From Nageia nagi (Eukaryota; Plantae; Pinophyta): a stretch of DNA of 64,000 bases. Numbering within the stretch: position 1 is the stretch's first letter; each line of letters begins with the position of its first letter. Positions 15,101 through 26,365 of the stretch are shown here, piece by piece. Under the pieces are notes generated by a model, which made no database searches, was not told the origin of the DNA, and saw nothing but the letters and a program-made list of their open reading frames with translations. The stretch is from positions 177,878,001 to 177,942,000 of the forward strand of contig JBITNC010000001.1 of the NCBI GenBank assembly GCA_050084985.1, in the 5' to 3' direction. A program made the translations under genes and the position numbers.

Positions 15101-16466
15101 TAACTTCTTGCTCTTGCTTTGTTATATGGTTCAAATATATACCATATTTCTTAGGATTATGAGGCATTTCACAAACAATATAGTAGTAAGAAAATATTTG
15201 GCTCATGCTTGCATTAGAAAAAGTGTTGGGAACAACATTCATATCTTTTTGTGCATCCTTATACTTCATGTTAGCTTCCCATGATGTATTGATAAACTTT
15301 TTGAAGGGAACCTTACCATCATTTTTACTCGAAGAGGCTTCAAGATTGTTTGGATGATTTTATGGATAGTATGGCCTTTAATATAGTCAAGGCTTCTCTC
15401 TTTCCATTTGATACAATATATTATTCATGCTGGAGAGTATGTATAACACTTGTTTATACATTTGACTTGATGATTCAGGTATTATGAGGTAGGAGAAGGA
15501 GTAACTTCAATCTTATTAGGGTTTATCTCTATCATAGGCTCTAAGGAATATGGTTTCAATTTTTTAGCTCCTATTATTTCTTTCTCAATCTCTAATGTTG
15601 CATTTATGCATTCTTACAAAGCATAAGCTCTCCAATTTCTTAGCTCATATCTAATGTCACTAGGAAATGCTTGCTTGTAATACATGATGGATTGCACAAT
15701 TTTAGGCCTAGCATTAGTGGGTAGTTTATTTACAAGCTTGATCAAACTTTGATTAAACTCATTGGTTGATTCATTCTCTTTCTTCTTGATTATGGCTAAC
15801 TCAATGAGGATTAACTACTCATTCTTTCTTTCACATTACTTGGCTAAGAATAATTCCTCCATCCTATCATAGGAAGCTACTGAACTAACAAGTAAAGCTT
15901 GAATCTAGTACCTAGCATGTTACTCAAACTATAATAAAAGAGTTTAAATACTACATCCTCATGCTCAACATTAAGAATATCTAGAGCCTGAATAATCCAA
16001 TCATTACATTGCTTCCCTCAAAGATATGTAATATTTTTTCATTTTATCAAGGAGCTCATTTTGTGGATTCCACTAAGTGAAGTCAAAAGATCTATATCTA
16101 CCAATCCTCCATGTATTAGCTATTTAACGATTAGCCATTAGAAGGTTCTAATTAAGGTTTGGATGGAAGACATATGAATTTGGTATAACACATGAATGAA
16201 TAGGTGGGGTGGAACCTATAGGAGTAGAAGAAGTAACTCCTACAATATTATTCAGAGTTGGATCAATAGGTTGTTGTTTATGTACCTTTGTCCTTAATAG
16301 CACTTTAGGGTTGGATACTTTTGAGAACAAAGGTGAGTCCTAGCTCCTAGTATTGGCCACTTTGTTTACTTACTTAGCAACTAACATATGCAAAATTCAC
16401 TAGATACAAATTTTTCTAGGTTCTTTTATTGTTCCAACAAGACACATTTAACATGAAAATGAGTCC

Positions 16467-16484
16467 TTCCTAATAACGATGCTA
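16467..16484 (-). other. Decayed primer-binding site, tRNA-Asp type
   Basis: The minus strand reads TAGCATCGTTATTAGGAA against canonical TGGCGCCGTTGCCGGGGA, and every mismatch is a C>T or G>A transition. It lies 8 nt inside the LTR end. Confidence 0.6.
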
Positions 16485-16492
16485 AAAGTTGT

Positions 16493-18418
16493 TGTTACAT
16501 AATTTCACATCCCTTTGATTTTCATCAAACTAGTGTCACTAAGGGTGAAATCCCCTTGGAATCAATAAAATTATATACATCCCTAACGGCTGATGTAGAT
16601 AGGATTGAAAGTGATATGGGCTACAAAAGCATTATAACTTGCATGTTGATGATGCAAATTGAGCTTAAGTTGATAGTGGAGATATTTTGTATGATTTTTG
16701 GTACTAGATCTCACACTTAACTTTCAATTTGGATTCTATATTTGCTTGTTGAATTTTAACTTTGTCAAAATATTCATCTCGATACTAATCAGGTGTCAAG
16801 ATGCATTTTGCTAGAGTTTTGGAAGTATTTACAGGTATATGGATTCAGATGGACCCATCAAAACTAAATACATAATAAAATATATTATTCCAATTGAATT
16901 ATTTGGGTATACTTGAAACTGAATGGAAAAAACTCAAATCTTTCAATTGGAACATTTAATGTGGTTAATTTGACTTCGATTCACCATGATGTATGATTAA
17001 CCATAATCGATAGGACTTGTGCTAAAGAAAATGAAGTTTATTTATTTCCTCATTGTTTCAACAAAATTTGGTTTGCTTCATTCTATCGAATATTCGATGA
17101 AATTTAAATTCTCTTTATAGATTTCTTTATTGTTATAATGGAATTTGGTCTACTTTACTCTATCGAATCTCTGGCAAATTCAAATGCTCTTTGTACTGGC
17201 TTTGATATAATTCGAAGCTTAAAGTCTTAATTTGATAGTAGTAATTCTAGAATGTGAAAAGATATGTGGTAAGACCAGAGAGGTAGTGGATGTTCATCTT
17301 TAGGATAAGTTCACACTATAGAGTATTCTTTTAGATGAATCCAGGATGCAAACTTGACAACTTGATGTCATACTTTTTTGCAATGCAGATTCTTTTGTAA
17401 TCCTTATACTTATGTAATGTGGAGAAACCTTGTGATAACAATGCTCTTTGAAGTATGTACTTCCTTTACTTTGAGCTGGAGAATGCATTATGAACTATCT
17501 TCTACAATGTAAAGGATGTTGATGTCACCTCCATCTTCTAGAATGTAGATTCCCTTTGTTATGCATGTGGACTTAGTAAACTTTCTTCCTTTTGAGATTA
17601 GGAACTTGCTTTGCTGACTTGCCTCCTTTAGATTGCAGATTTCCTTAGTTTTTCATGCTAGAAAGGTATTTTAACTCTAGAATGGTATTTTTTTACTCTA
17701 AAAAATGATTACATGGCCCAAAATAGTCCACATTTGGTTTGGAACTTCAAATTGATGCTCTAGGAGATCCATCATTGGTGAACCTACCATAGACCTAAAA
17801 ATTATTTTCGACATCCAATACAACTATGACTACCTGCAGATAACATAAATGATTGACACACCTGCTATACACCTAGAATACCTTTCAAACCTTATGCAAG
17901 GATTAAAACCCTTATGCGATGAATAAAACCCTTATGTGGTAAGGATAAGGCTTATGTCGATAAAATAAAATATTAAATCAAGCCTTATGTGGTTAAAACA
18001 ATTCTTATGCTATGAAATTCAGGGTTATGCAAACAAACTTGGTCTTATGCAGATGAAAGGCACCTTATGTGGAGAATTCAATAATATTTATGCAAAGGAT
18101 ATAAGGCTTATGTAGATAGAATAATGCTTGTGTAGATAACATAACCCTTATTCAGAGAAAGTATTCCTTATGCAAAGGAAGAAAATCCTATGCGGTCAGG
18201 GAAATAAGTCATATGTGCTAGAGATAAAGCTTATGCGGTGGCAATGAGCCATATGTGGTGGAGTGAATTGATTCTTTTTAAGGCTTCAAATGATAAAAAT
18301 AAAATAAAATGACACCTACAAACTATTTGACATAATTTACAACATTGCTAGAGCTATCTGGACTCAATTTTTGGTGCAAATATGTAAAATTATTTTGCAA
18401 AAATTGGGTACTGTTATA
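16493..18418 (-). repeat. LTR copy (5' LTR), ~1.9 kb, lacking ~1.2 kb that is present in the other copy
   Basis: It begins TGTTACAT.. and jumps from the equivalent of ~9220 to ~10413 of the first copy. A cttatg subrepeat cluster lies at ~17885-18260. Confidence 0.7.
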
Positions 18419-18899
18419 AGTATGCTAGTAATTCTCTCGATTGGGTATTCTTATGAATATGATTGGATTTACTATATACTTAATCTTTCCTTAAACTATG
18501 ATGTATTTATCATTGTTTGTAATGACCATAATACAAATTCCATTAAACAATCCTAAATTCATGACATATTTAACTTTCATTTTACTAAAACTAGGAAATT
18601 CATCATCAACAAAATTCTAAATTAATATATTAAATTCCTTTCATTCATTTGTAGAATTCCCATTATGTTTATAATAATAAAATATCTTAAATGTTCACTT
18701 TTATAACCTCAAGTCTTCTTTGAAGGCAAATAAACTAAGCTCTTCTTAAGGAGATTTTGTAAAATTACCATTGAAGGATAAGAAAATCATATGCCTTCTC
18801 GTTTTCTATTATTAATTATTTATTTACTAGAATCCTTATAAACATTATTAATGTATCTATGGTAATAATATTTATATTTTATTCCATCTTAGAAGGAGA

Positions 18900-19800
18900 C
18901 ATAGGGGGTTGTATTCCGAAGTATCTATACTTCTAGAAAGTATTTAGATTCATATTTACAAACTTTCTCCTTCCTCACTTGAGTTCCTCAACCAGCATCA
19001 TGGAATAAGAAGGCAAAGATACTTTGTGAGCTCTGAAAAGACATAACTCTCCATTATATCTATTGCACTTGAATCTCTCCCAGTACCCCCTCTCTCCTAA
19101 GCTATCCTTTTATCTTGAACATTTTCTCCATATCCAAGATGGTCAGATAGTGCCTTTTTAATGCCTCTAACAATTTATGATACATGGTATACAAGCCTCC
19201 ATTAGGTAGCTTTGAGTGTGCTCTCATTAGCTTCGACTTGAAGTAAATCACCATATACCGAGAGAGGATTGGATATGTATGTTTTGTTCCATAGGAGAAG
19301 TAGAAACTCTACATCATTTTATTTTACATTGTTCGATGTACTATGAGATTAGAGGCATATTTTATTATCTCTTTAGGAGTGACTCACACTTTATATCAAT
19401 ATTTTTCGATGATAAGGACCAACATTGTCTCAAACTTTACATCAGAGAAGAAATCTATTTTCGTCAGTAATAGAGCTCTCATCTAAGTGCCTCTCATCCT
19501 CCATGTTTTCAATTTATCAAAAACTACTTCACTAGTTATGATAGACCATGGGTGGATATAGACGTTTGTCGAAAATGACAAGCACCGAATCATCTATACA
19601 CCAGCAAGGTAACTAGACAACGTACTATTTGTTAGAAGATATTAATTTTGGATTATCTCTTATCTTTGCATAGCATGTTTTACACTCTTTGTATTTATTT
19701 TTTGTTTTCTCTTTGGTTGAGCACTTTTGATCCACGTACTTGTAGTTTTCACTATCCTATTTTCTCAATCCCTTGGGTCACTTTTGACCCATGATAATTA
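18900..19800 (+). mobile_element. 5'-truncated non-LTR retrotransposon 3' end with a C-terminal CCHC motif
   Basis: Translation of ~19225-19360 reads SH*LRLEVNHHIPREDWICMFCSIGEVETLHHFILHCSMYYEIR (C-x2-C...H-x4-C), typical of LINE ORF2 C-termini. Boundaries are approximate. Confidence 0.6.
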
Positions 19801-19950
19801 ATAATATTTCTTTTCTATTCTTTTCTTTCTACTAAATACTTTGAAATCATTTTAATTTAAAGAAGATTAACTAAATTTACCTCATTCTAGCAAAACCCTT
19901 TCACACATGCAAGCTTCATTACTTATAAGGATGAACTAGAATAGATAATA

Positions 19951-20182
19951 AAGGAAACACATATATTTAGATTAAAACAAACTTCTTGATTGTCTAAATC
20001 ATACAAGACATTTGGTACTTAAATTAAAATTTATTTGAATATAAAAATACTATTTTTGACATGCTTAAGGAAACACATATATTTAGATAAAAACAAACAT
20101 CTTGATTGTCTAAATTATACAAAGCCTTTGGTACTTAAATCAAAATTTATTAAATATAAAAATACTATTTTTGACATGCTCA
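19951..20182. repeat. Two-copy tandem duplication, 116-bp period
   Basis: The sequence aaggaaacacatatatttagat...tatttttgacatgct starts at both 19951 and 20067. Confidence 0.9.
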
Positions 20183-20479
20183 TATGTTTTTGGTCCAATG
20201 GACTCCAAATTAGTAAGAGTCACCTTCTCCTCTATATTTTATTTGAAATTTTTCTATAAAAAAGTTTATAAAGATTTTAAAGTTGAAAATGGATTTAATG
20301 TAAATTTAATAATGCTTCTTAAAAACAACTCAAAAACTAGACAATCATTTTTTTAATGAACAATTAAGATCTTGGAACACAAAGATTATAGAAAAGAGGG
20401 AATACCAACATTTGTTTAAGATAATAGACTAGCTTGGAAATAAAAACAGGGAACATGACTAGGGTTGGATGGTTGTGAT

Positions 20480-21134
20480 AGGATTCGAAAGTGTGTCACC
20501 ACCATCTTTCAATATTCACATTTGTCGCATCCCATTTGACGTTTCAGAGCTGCATGTTGGAAATATCTGCCTCCACATGCGACTTCGACATCGTGCTTCT
20601 CGACGTGGCTTTTACAACAAGTCAAAAAGTTTGTCCAAGTAGTCGATAACCATTAAAACACGCATACCGCTCTGGTCGAAAGCCCATCCCTTGCCATTAT
20701 CACCATCACCATCACCCCTTCAATCTCTCCACTATTTCTTACCAATTTTTTGTTAGTGGAATTGATGATCATGTTACTGTTACGACATAAATTTTATGTT
20801 CAATTCTTCTCTACTAATGAAAAGATATTTTCCATAAATCTAAGTGAATCTGAACCCAACTTGGAAACCACAAATCTCTTTCTCCGTACTTGTTTGATAG
20901 AAGCAATGTTTGACGAGCTCTGTTGTTGTTGCTTGGAAGAATAGGAGTTTGGAGACGTGAATGGAGGGGAAAGGTGGAATTTTCTAAGCTCTAGAACTAC
21001 GACCATAACAGTTTCACAAGTCAATATTGAAAACTGCCCACAATTGAAACTTATCCCTTTGGTCTCGGCCTTTATATAATGGAGTGGAATTCGGAATAAT
21101 ATTAAAAAAAACAAGGCAAAGACCACAAGCCAAG
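20480..21134 (+). promoter_or_regulatory. Proximal promoter of GULLO-like gene 1: TATA box, ABRE-like and TGAC-core motifs
   Basis: TATATAA lies at 21073-21079, ~60 nt before the ATG. ACGTGGC is at 20603-20609, with several TTGAC/GTCAA cores (~20537, 20621, 20910, 21021). CpGs are retained, unlike in the flanks. Motif function is untested. Confidence 0.55.
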
Positions 21135-22065
21135 ATGGTATTTTATCTGCCAAGAAACCCAACAGTATTGTGCATGATTGTTCTGTTGGGTTCTGTTATT
21201 TCTGGAGTTTTTAATTGCAGTATCCCACCGCCTGCAGTGGAATGCAATGGTTCTGGATGCACTCTCTACAATAACCAAGGTTTGTGGGAAGATCACAATT
21301 CTTGCACTGCTGGAAAATCTTTTTATCCCAAAAATGAGAAAGAACTCGTGCTTTCTGTAGCAGAAGCCGTGAAAAATCAGCAAAAGGTTAATGTGATAAG
21401 CGGTTTGGCTCACAGCCACACACGCCTGTTCTGCGTCGGAAAAGGAGGAGTTATCATCTCCACCCGAGATTTAGACTCCATCAAAAAAGTTAACAAGGCT
21501 AAAAAAACCATAACAGTCGATGCCGGCGTTTTTCTCCGGGATCTGTTCGATGAGGCGGCCAAGGCCGGATTGGCGTTCCCGACTTCCACATCATGGGAAG
21601 GATTATCCGCCGCCGGGTCGGTCAGCACCGGTGCCCACGGCAGCGGCCTCGTCGGAAAAGGGTCCGCTATTAATGAATATGTGGTCGGAATTAGAATGGT
21701 CGTGCCGGCTTCTGCTTCCGAGGGGTATGCCAAGGTTGTTGAATTGAAGGAATCCGACGAGGATTTGAAAGCTGCGAGATTTTCGTTGGGGACGTTGGGG
21801 GTGATCTCGCAGATCACGTTTGCTCTGCAGCCCATGTTCAAGCGATCGGTTTCGTTGAGTTTGGAAGACGATAAGGGCTTGGAGGATCGGTTCGAGAGCT
21901 TCCTGAGGAGACACGAGTTCGCAAATATTTATTGGTATGTTGGCCAAGGCAAGGCGTTCTTGAGCAAAATTCAGAGAGTTTCTTTGTTTACCAAAGGCAG
22001 TGGCATCAACAAATCGTCGTACCAGCCCACAACGGTGGCCAGAGTCGAGCAAAGCGCATCAAACT
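21135..22065 (+). CDS. GULLO: L-gulonolactone oxidase-like secreted flavoprotein, paralogue 1, exon 1 (signal peptide + FAD_binding_4)
   Basis: ATG at 21135, hydrophobic N-terminus, PPPAVEC, flavinylation His93 (LAHSH), STGAHGS and SLGTLGVIS. A phase-1 donor GTAAGT is at 22066. Confidence 0.93.
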
Positions 22066-22885
22066 GTAAGTATAGAGCTGCACAAATGGCCTTGTGGTAA
22101 ATAAACAGTGGTTTATATTGATGGTTTTTTAACTTTTGTATACTATAGAATTATAGGTGGAATTGGTTAAGTGGTGATCATGCTGCACAGGGTTTATGTT
22201 CAAATTCTCTTCCACCTTTAAACATGCATTGCTCTATAGATCAAATGTTAAAAAAATCTTTCCTTTTTCTTATTCAAATTCAACCATAAATTTTGGAACT
22301 ATATTGATCAAAATAGATAAAAATCAGCTAAAACTCTACTACCATTTTCAACTATTCTTAACCATTCCAACTATTTCCAACCAATCCTATTATAAGCATA
22401 AAATTATATACATCTAAAAATTTTGATCGAATGTGAACAAAGATTAACTAATTTCTAAAATTTTTATTTACAAAATAATCCTATCATCTCAAGAATTTTT
22501 ATTTACAAAATAATTCTATCATGTCAAGTTTGATTTCATAGAGATTGATAGTTTATTCGATGAACATCTCTCACAATCTCTTCTGTTTTTATGCTATATT
22601 TCCATAAAATGATTTTGGGCTTCCTTAAAGAATCCTGTCTGCTGATAGAAATTGAGAATGAGAGCTCTATTCACAGCTTTTTTGAGATGATCCTTTTTAC
22701 AGAGCATAGTGATGGGTGAGAAGTGGGTAGTATAGAGGTGATGAGAGTATAGAGACACCTAGCAAACAATCTGAATGTAATCATTTGTCTAAATAAAAAT
22801 TTTATAGAACCATTTTTGTAATTTTTGGATTTGTTAAAGAATATTTTATTAATTTACACCATTTATTTTATTTTATTTTGTCTAG

Positions 22886-23736
22886 ATGATACCATCGAAG
22901 CGGAAGAGGACACGGATAAACTGTGCAGCATGTCAAATACGTCCATGAACAATAGAGTTACTAAGGGAGGCGGATTCTTCAATGACGGGGAGAATTTTAC
23001 TGGGTATCCCGTGGTTGGTCTTAACCACCTCATGCAGGCCGCGGGCGGATGCCAAGCCTACACCAAGATTGAAAACGATTCTTCCTGCACACCTTCGACC
23101 ATCACGGATAAAAACCAGTCCATCTGTTCGTGGGATCGCCGGGCCCGGACAAGACAGACTTTCGATTTGGAAATCCGCGTCCCCATGTCACGTGCTCGAG
23201 AAGCCATTATCGACGTCAAGAAGATCAGAGATCTCAATCCCAAGGCCCTCTGCGCTGTCGAAGGTTCTGGAATCGTTATGCGGACTATCAAGAAATCTGA
23301 GGCTTATTTGGGTCCCGTGGAAGACATGGTTACGTTTGAGATTATTTATTACAGACACAGGCAGGCGTATGTTCCCAAGTGGAATATGGATATTTACCAG
23401 GAGATTGAGCAATTGTTGATCGAGAAGTATGGAGGGGGTCTGCACTGGGGGAAATCTGGGGGTCACTTGTTCGAGGGATTGGCTAACAAGACTGTGGATT
23501 TGCAGAAGTTTTTGACGGTGAAAAAGAGGTTCGATCCAGAGGGGTTTGTTTCGAACGACTGGACTGATGGATTGTTTGGGATAGGAGGGAAAAGGATTGA
23601 GATATTGGGAAAGGGGTGTGCGTTGGAGAAGTTATGTAAATGCAGAGAGGATAGTCATTGTGCTCCTGACAAAGGCTACTTTTGTAGAGAAGGGAGAGTA
23701 TGGAAGAATGCTCGCGTTTGCAGGAAAGGCAACTAG
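22886..23736 (+). CDS. GULLO: L-gulonolactone oxidase-like protein, paralogue 1, exon 2 (ALO/cap domain + Cys-rich tail)
   Basis: Acceptor TAG ends at 22885 after a T-rich tract, and the join is in frame (N-Y-D-T-I-E). Motifs include FTGYPVVG, CSWD, HWGK, FDPEG and CALE..C.C..DSHCAP. The spliced CDS is 1782 nt = 593 aa + stop. Confidence 0.93.
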
Positions 23737-24067
23737 ACTGGTAATTGTCTTTTTAATCTTCATATTTGATTGTTTATTGAACAATAAATTGGGTCTTCCT
23801 GGTCATGATCCAGTTGTATTTGTTCAAGTTTAAAATATTAGACTGACTTCATCATGTAATAAAACGATATGGTAGGAAAGGTTGAAGCATTTAACCCAAG
23901 ACCTGGCTAGTTGTATCAGCTTTCTGGAATTTACAGAGGTGAAGTTTTAAATATCTAGTTATCATCATAAAGTCGAATAACAAGTAGTTTCTATCTCATG
24001 GAATCGGAAGTAGAATGTGTGTACACAATAATGCCACTTATTTTATCTAAACTTATATTTCATGGGT

Positions 24068-24140
24068 CGCTCTCTTGGCGTTAGTTGGTCAAGTCCTTTG
24101 GCATCGTTCATGTTGACTCAAGGTCGAATCTCCTTCACAC
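24068..24140 (+). mobile_element. tRNA-derived SINE-like head (Pol III A and B boxes)
   Basis: An A-box-like TGGCGTTAGTTGG (24076) and a B-box-like GGTCGAATC (24122) show tRNA-like spacing. There is no convincing full cloverleaf. Confidence 0.45.
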
Positions 24141-25110
24141 ATACTCTTCAATGCATTTTAAAATCCAAAGGTTTTCAAAATTATCCATATCAAAGGTATA
24201 GAAGAAAGTATTTAGCAAAAAAAAATCATCTCATATTAATATCTTTAGAAGTATGAAGTAAATTTGATGAAGGTATATTATGAAATCAATTATGAATAGT
24301 ATTACAAGAGCTTGATCTTTAATCTCATTGATATTAATAAATGTTAGTAAATATAAATGTTAGTATAATAATATTATAATATAAAAATCAATTCTAAATT
24401 ATTATAATGAATTATATAATATTATTGAAGGATAGAATATTTTAATAATTTCATATTAAGGAAGAACAAGTAGAATAAAGTATATAAAATTAAATAAAAT
24501 AGTGTTTATGAATTCACATTTATGGTTAAATCTTATAATTTCAATAATAAAATAATGAATAATCATAATATATGATCAAAATGATATCTAATTAATGGAG
24601 AAAGTTCAAGTATAGTAACATTAATTTTTCAATATCGTCAAGGAATATAAATATTGCTAAAAAGGTTAGTCATGATTTGAGTAAAACTATAACCACTAAT
24701 AGGCTTCAGTAATAGATAAATTCATATGCATATAATATTTATAAATATAAGTTAATCACATGTCTAATACTAAGAAATACTAAATGTTGATAGATATATG
24801 ATCTAAATTGATTTTATCTTGACATCTAACAACCTACTTTAAATTAGACTTAGGGGGAAAATAATATTTGGTCTTGAGTCTCCATTTAAATAATAAAATA
24901 TGGCGAAGGTGTTATCATTCAAACATCGTCATCTAATTATGGAAAGTCTCTTTATCATTTATCTAAAATAAACAAAAGTATCCTCTAAAAAAGGTTTATG
25001 AAGATCTTTATCAAGTAATCTTTTGTAGGAATATATTGTATATTTATATTACCATTTTATATATATTATTAAATCTATTGCATGTTAATCTTAATGTGCT
25101 TGGACAATGT

Positions 25111-26365
25111 CAGGGAAAATTTTAAGACCCCTAATCCAAAATGGACCTATAAATCCCAAGCGAATGTAAATGAAACCTGTTTCAAATTAAAGGTGAATTT
25201 CCCAAAACAATGTAAATTGGTAGGCGATTTTTGAACAATTTTGCAAAATAGATGTAAAAACTTGGCAAAAAAAAATTAGTTTAAAAATCATAGTAAATTT
25301 TTGAATGCATAAACCATTTAGTATATAAAACTTTATATATATACATATACAATGAATTATTAAAATTTGCATACAAAGTAGTCTTTCCACCATGGACGAT
25401 GTTTGCAGAGGAAATGCTTCCTACCTGACTACAAAGGAAATGTTCCCTACCTGGCTGTAGAAGAAATGCTCCCTACCCAATTGTAGAGAAAATGCTCCCT
25501 ACCCGGCTGCAGAGAAAATGCTTCCTACCTAGTTGTAGAGGAAATGCTCCCTACTTAGCTGTAGAAGAAATGCTCTCTACTTGGTTGTAGAGGAAATCAT
25601 CCTTATCCGACTATAGAAGAAATGCTCCCTACCCAGTTGTAGAGGAAATGCTCTCTACCCACCTATAGAAGAAATGCTCTCTACTCAGCTATAGAAGAAA
25701 TGCTCCCTACCTAGCTATAAAAGAAATGCTCTCTACCTGACTGTAAAGAAAATGATCCCTACATGGATACAAAAGAAATGCTACCTACTCAATTGCAAAG
25801 GAAATGCTCTCTACCCAGCTGCAGAAGAAATACTCCCTACCAGAATGCAAAAGAAATACTTCCTACTTGACTACAGAGAAAATGCTCCCTACCCAGCTGT
25901 AAAAGAAATGCTCCCTACCCAACTGTAAAAGAAATGCTTCCTACCCAGCTATAGAGGAAATGCTCCTAACCTAGCTATAGAGGAAATGTTTCCAACCTAG
26001 CAGCAGAGGAAATGCTTCCAAATTGATTGTAGAGGAAATATAGTTGTAATGTCACGGTTCGATGGTGTGGTATCATTTTGATGGGGGAGTTTGATATGTA
26101 TATATATGCTAACCTATAAGTGGCTATTTAAGTAGGATTATTTTTTATAATTTCAAGGGAAATGAGCTAAATTAAGTTTAACAAAAAGGGCTAATATATT
26201 TGAAATTGTATTGAAAGGTCAACTACATGGGTCAAGAAGATAAATTTTTTTATAAAATTTTGGCTCTAAGGTGGGACCCACTATACGCTATACTAGCTAA
26301 ATCAAAAAGTGAAAATTCATAATTATAGCCTTGATTCACCAATTTGCCCTTTAAAATTTTCCTTG
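25111..26365. mobile_element. Non-autonomous hAT DNA transposon
   Basis: TIRs are CAGGGAAAATTTTAA and the reverse complement CAAGGAAAATTTTAA (14/15). The 8-bp TSD is GACAATGT (25103-25110) vs GATAATGT (26366-26373). There is no transposase ORF. Confidence 0.85.
25404..26040. repeat. 26-bp minisatellite, ~24.5 copies (approx. AGAGGAAATGCTCCCTACCCAGCTGT)
   Basis: GAAAT recurs at 25411, 25437, 25463 ... 26035, in a 26-nt register. Confidence 0.95.

Larger units (their letters stand above)
9140..18418 (-). mobile_element. Internally deleted Ty3/gypsy Tat-like LTR retrotransposon (gag-PR-aRH...INT C-terminus) with long, diverged LTRs
   Basis: Direct repeats lie at 9140-12151 and 16493-18418. The minus-strand internal region shows a gag remnant (~16100-15300), protease HNFSLDYGTTINVIP (~14560-14520), RNase HI-like TNNIA*YEALLLG...VFGD...FVPRDKNQRGDLLA (~13600-13345), pre-RT FLKKNKDVFS..LKTFD (~12900-12840) and integrase tail LGPYHI (~12490). 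Confidence 0.8.

Noticed and set aside
21084-21134. ORF-track N-terminal extensions (starts at 21084 and 52331)
   Set aside because: Both are GTG starts at or upstream of the TATA region. The ATGs at 21135 and 52172 give proper signal peptides.
20800-21162. 120-aa minus-strand ORF as a divergent gene
   Set aside because: It has no recognisable domain, overlaps the promoter and start of paralogue 1, and its Gln/Ser run comes from a simple repeat.
22066-22885. GULLO halves as four separate genes or as pseudogenes
   Set aside because: Canonical phase-1 GT-AG introns join them in frame in both paralogues.
21102-23833. Antisense or alternate-frame ORFs overlapping the GULLO exons (also 50065-51921)
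   Set aside because: These are shadows of GC-richer coding sequence. Their similarity between loci simply mirrors the paralogy.
25404-26040. 26-bp array as a CRISPR array
   Set aside because: The units are head-to-tail with no unique spacers, there are no cas genes, the context is eukaryotic, and the array lies inside a hAT element.
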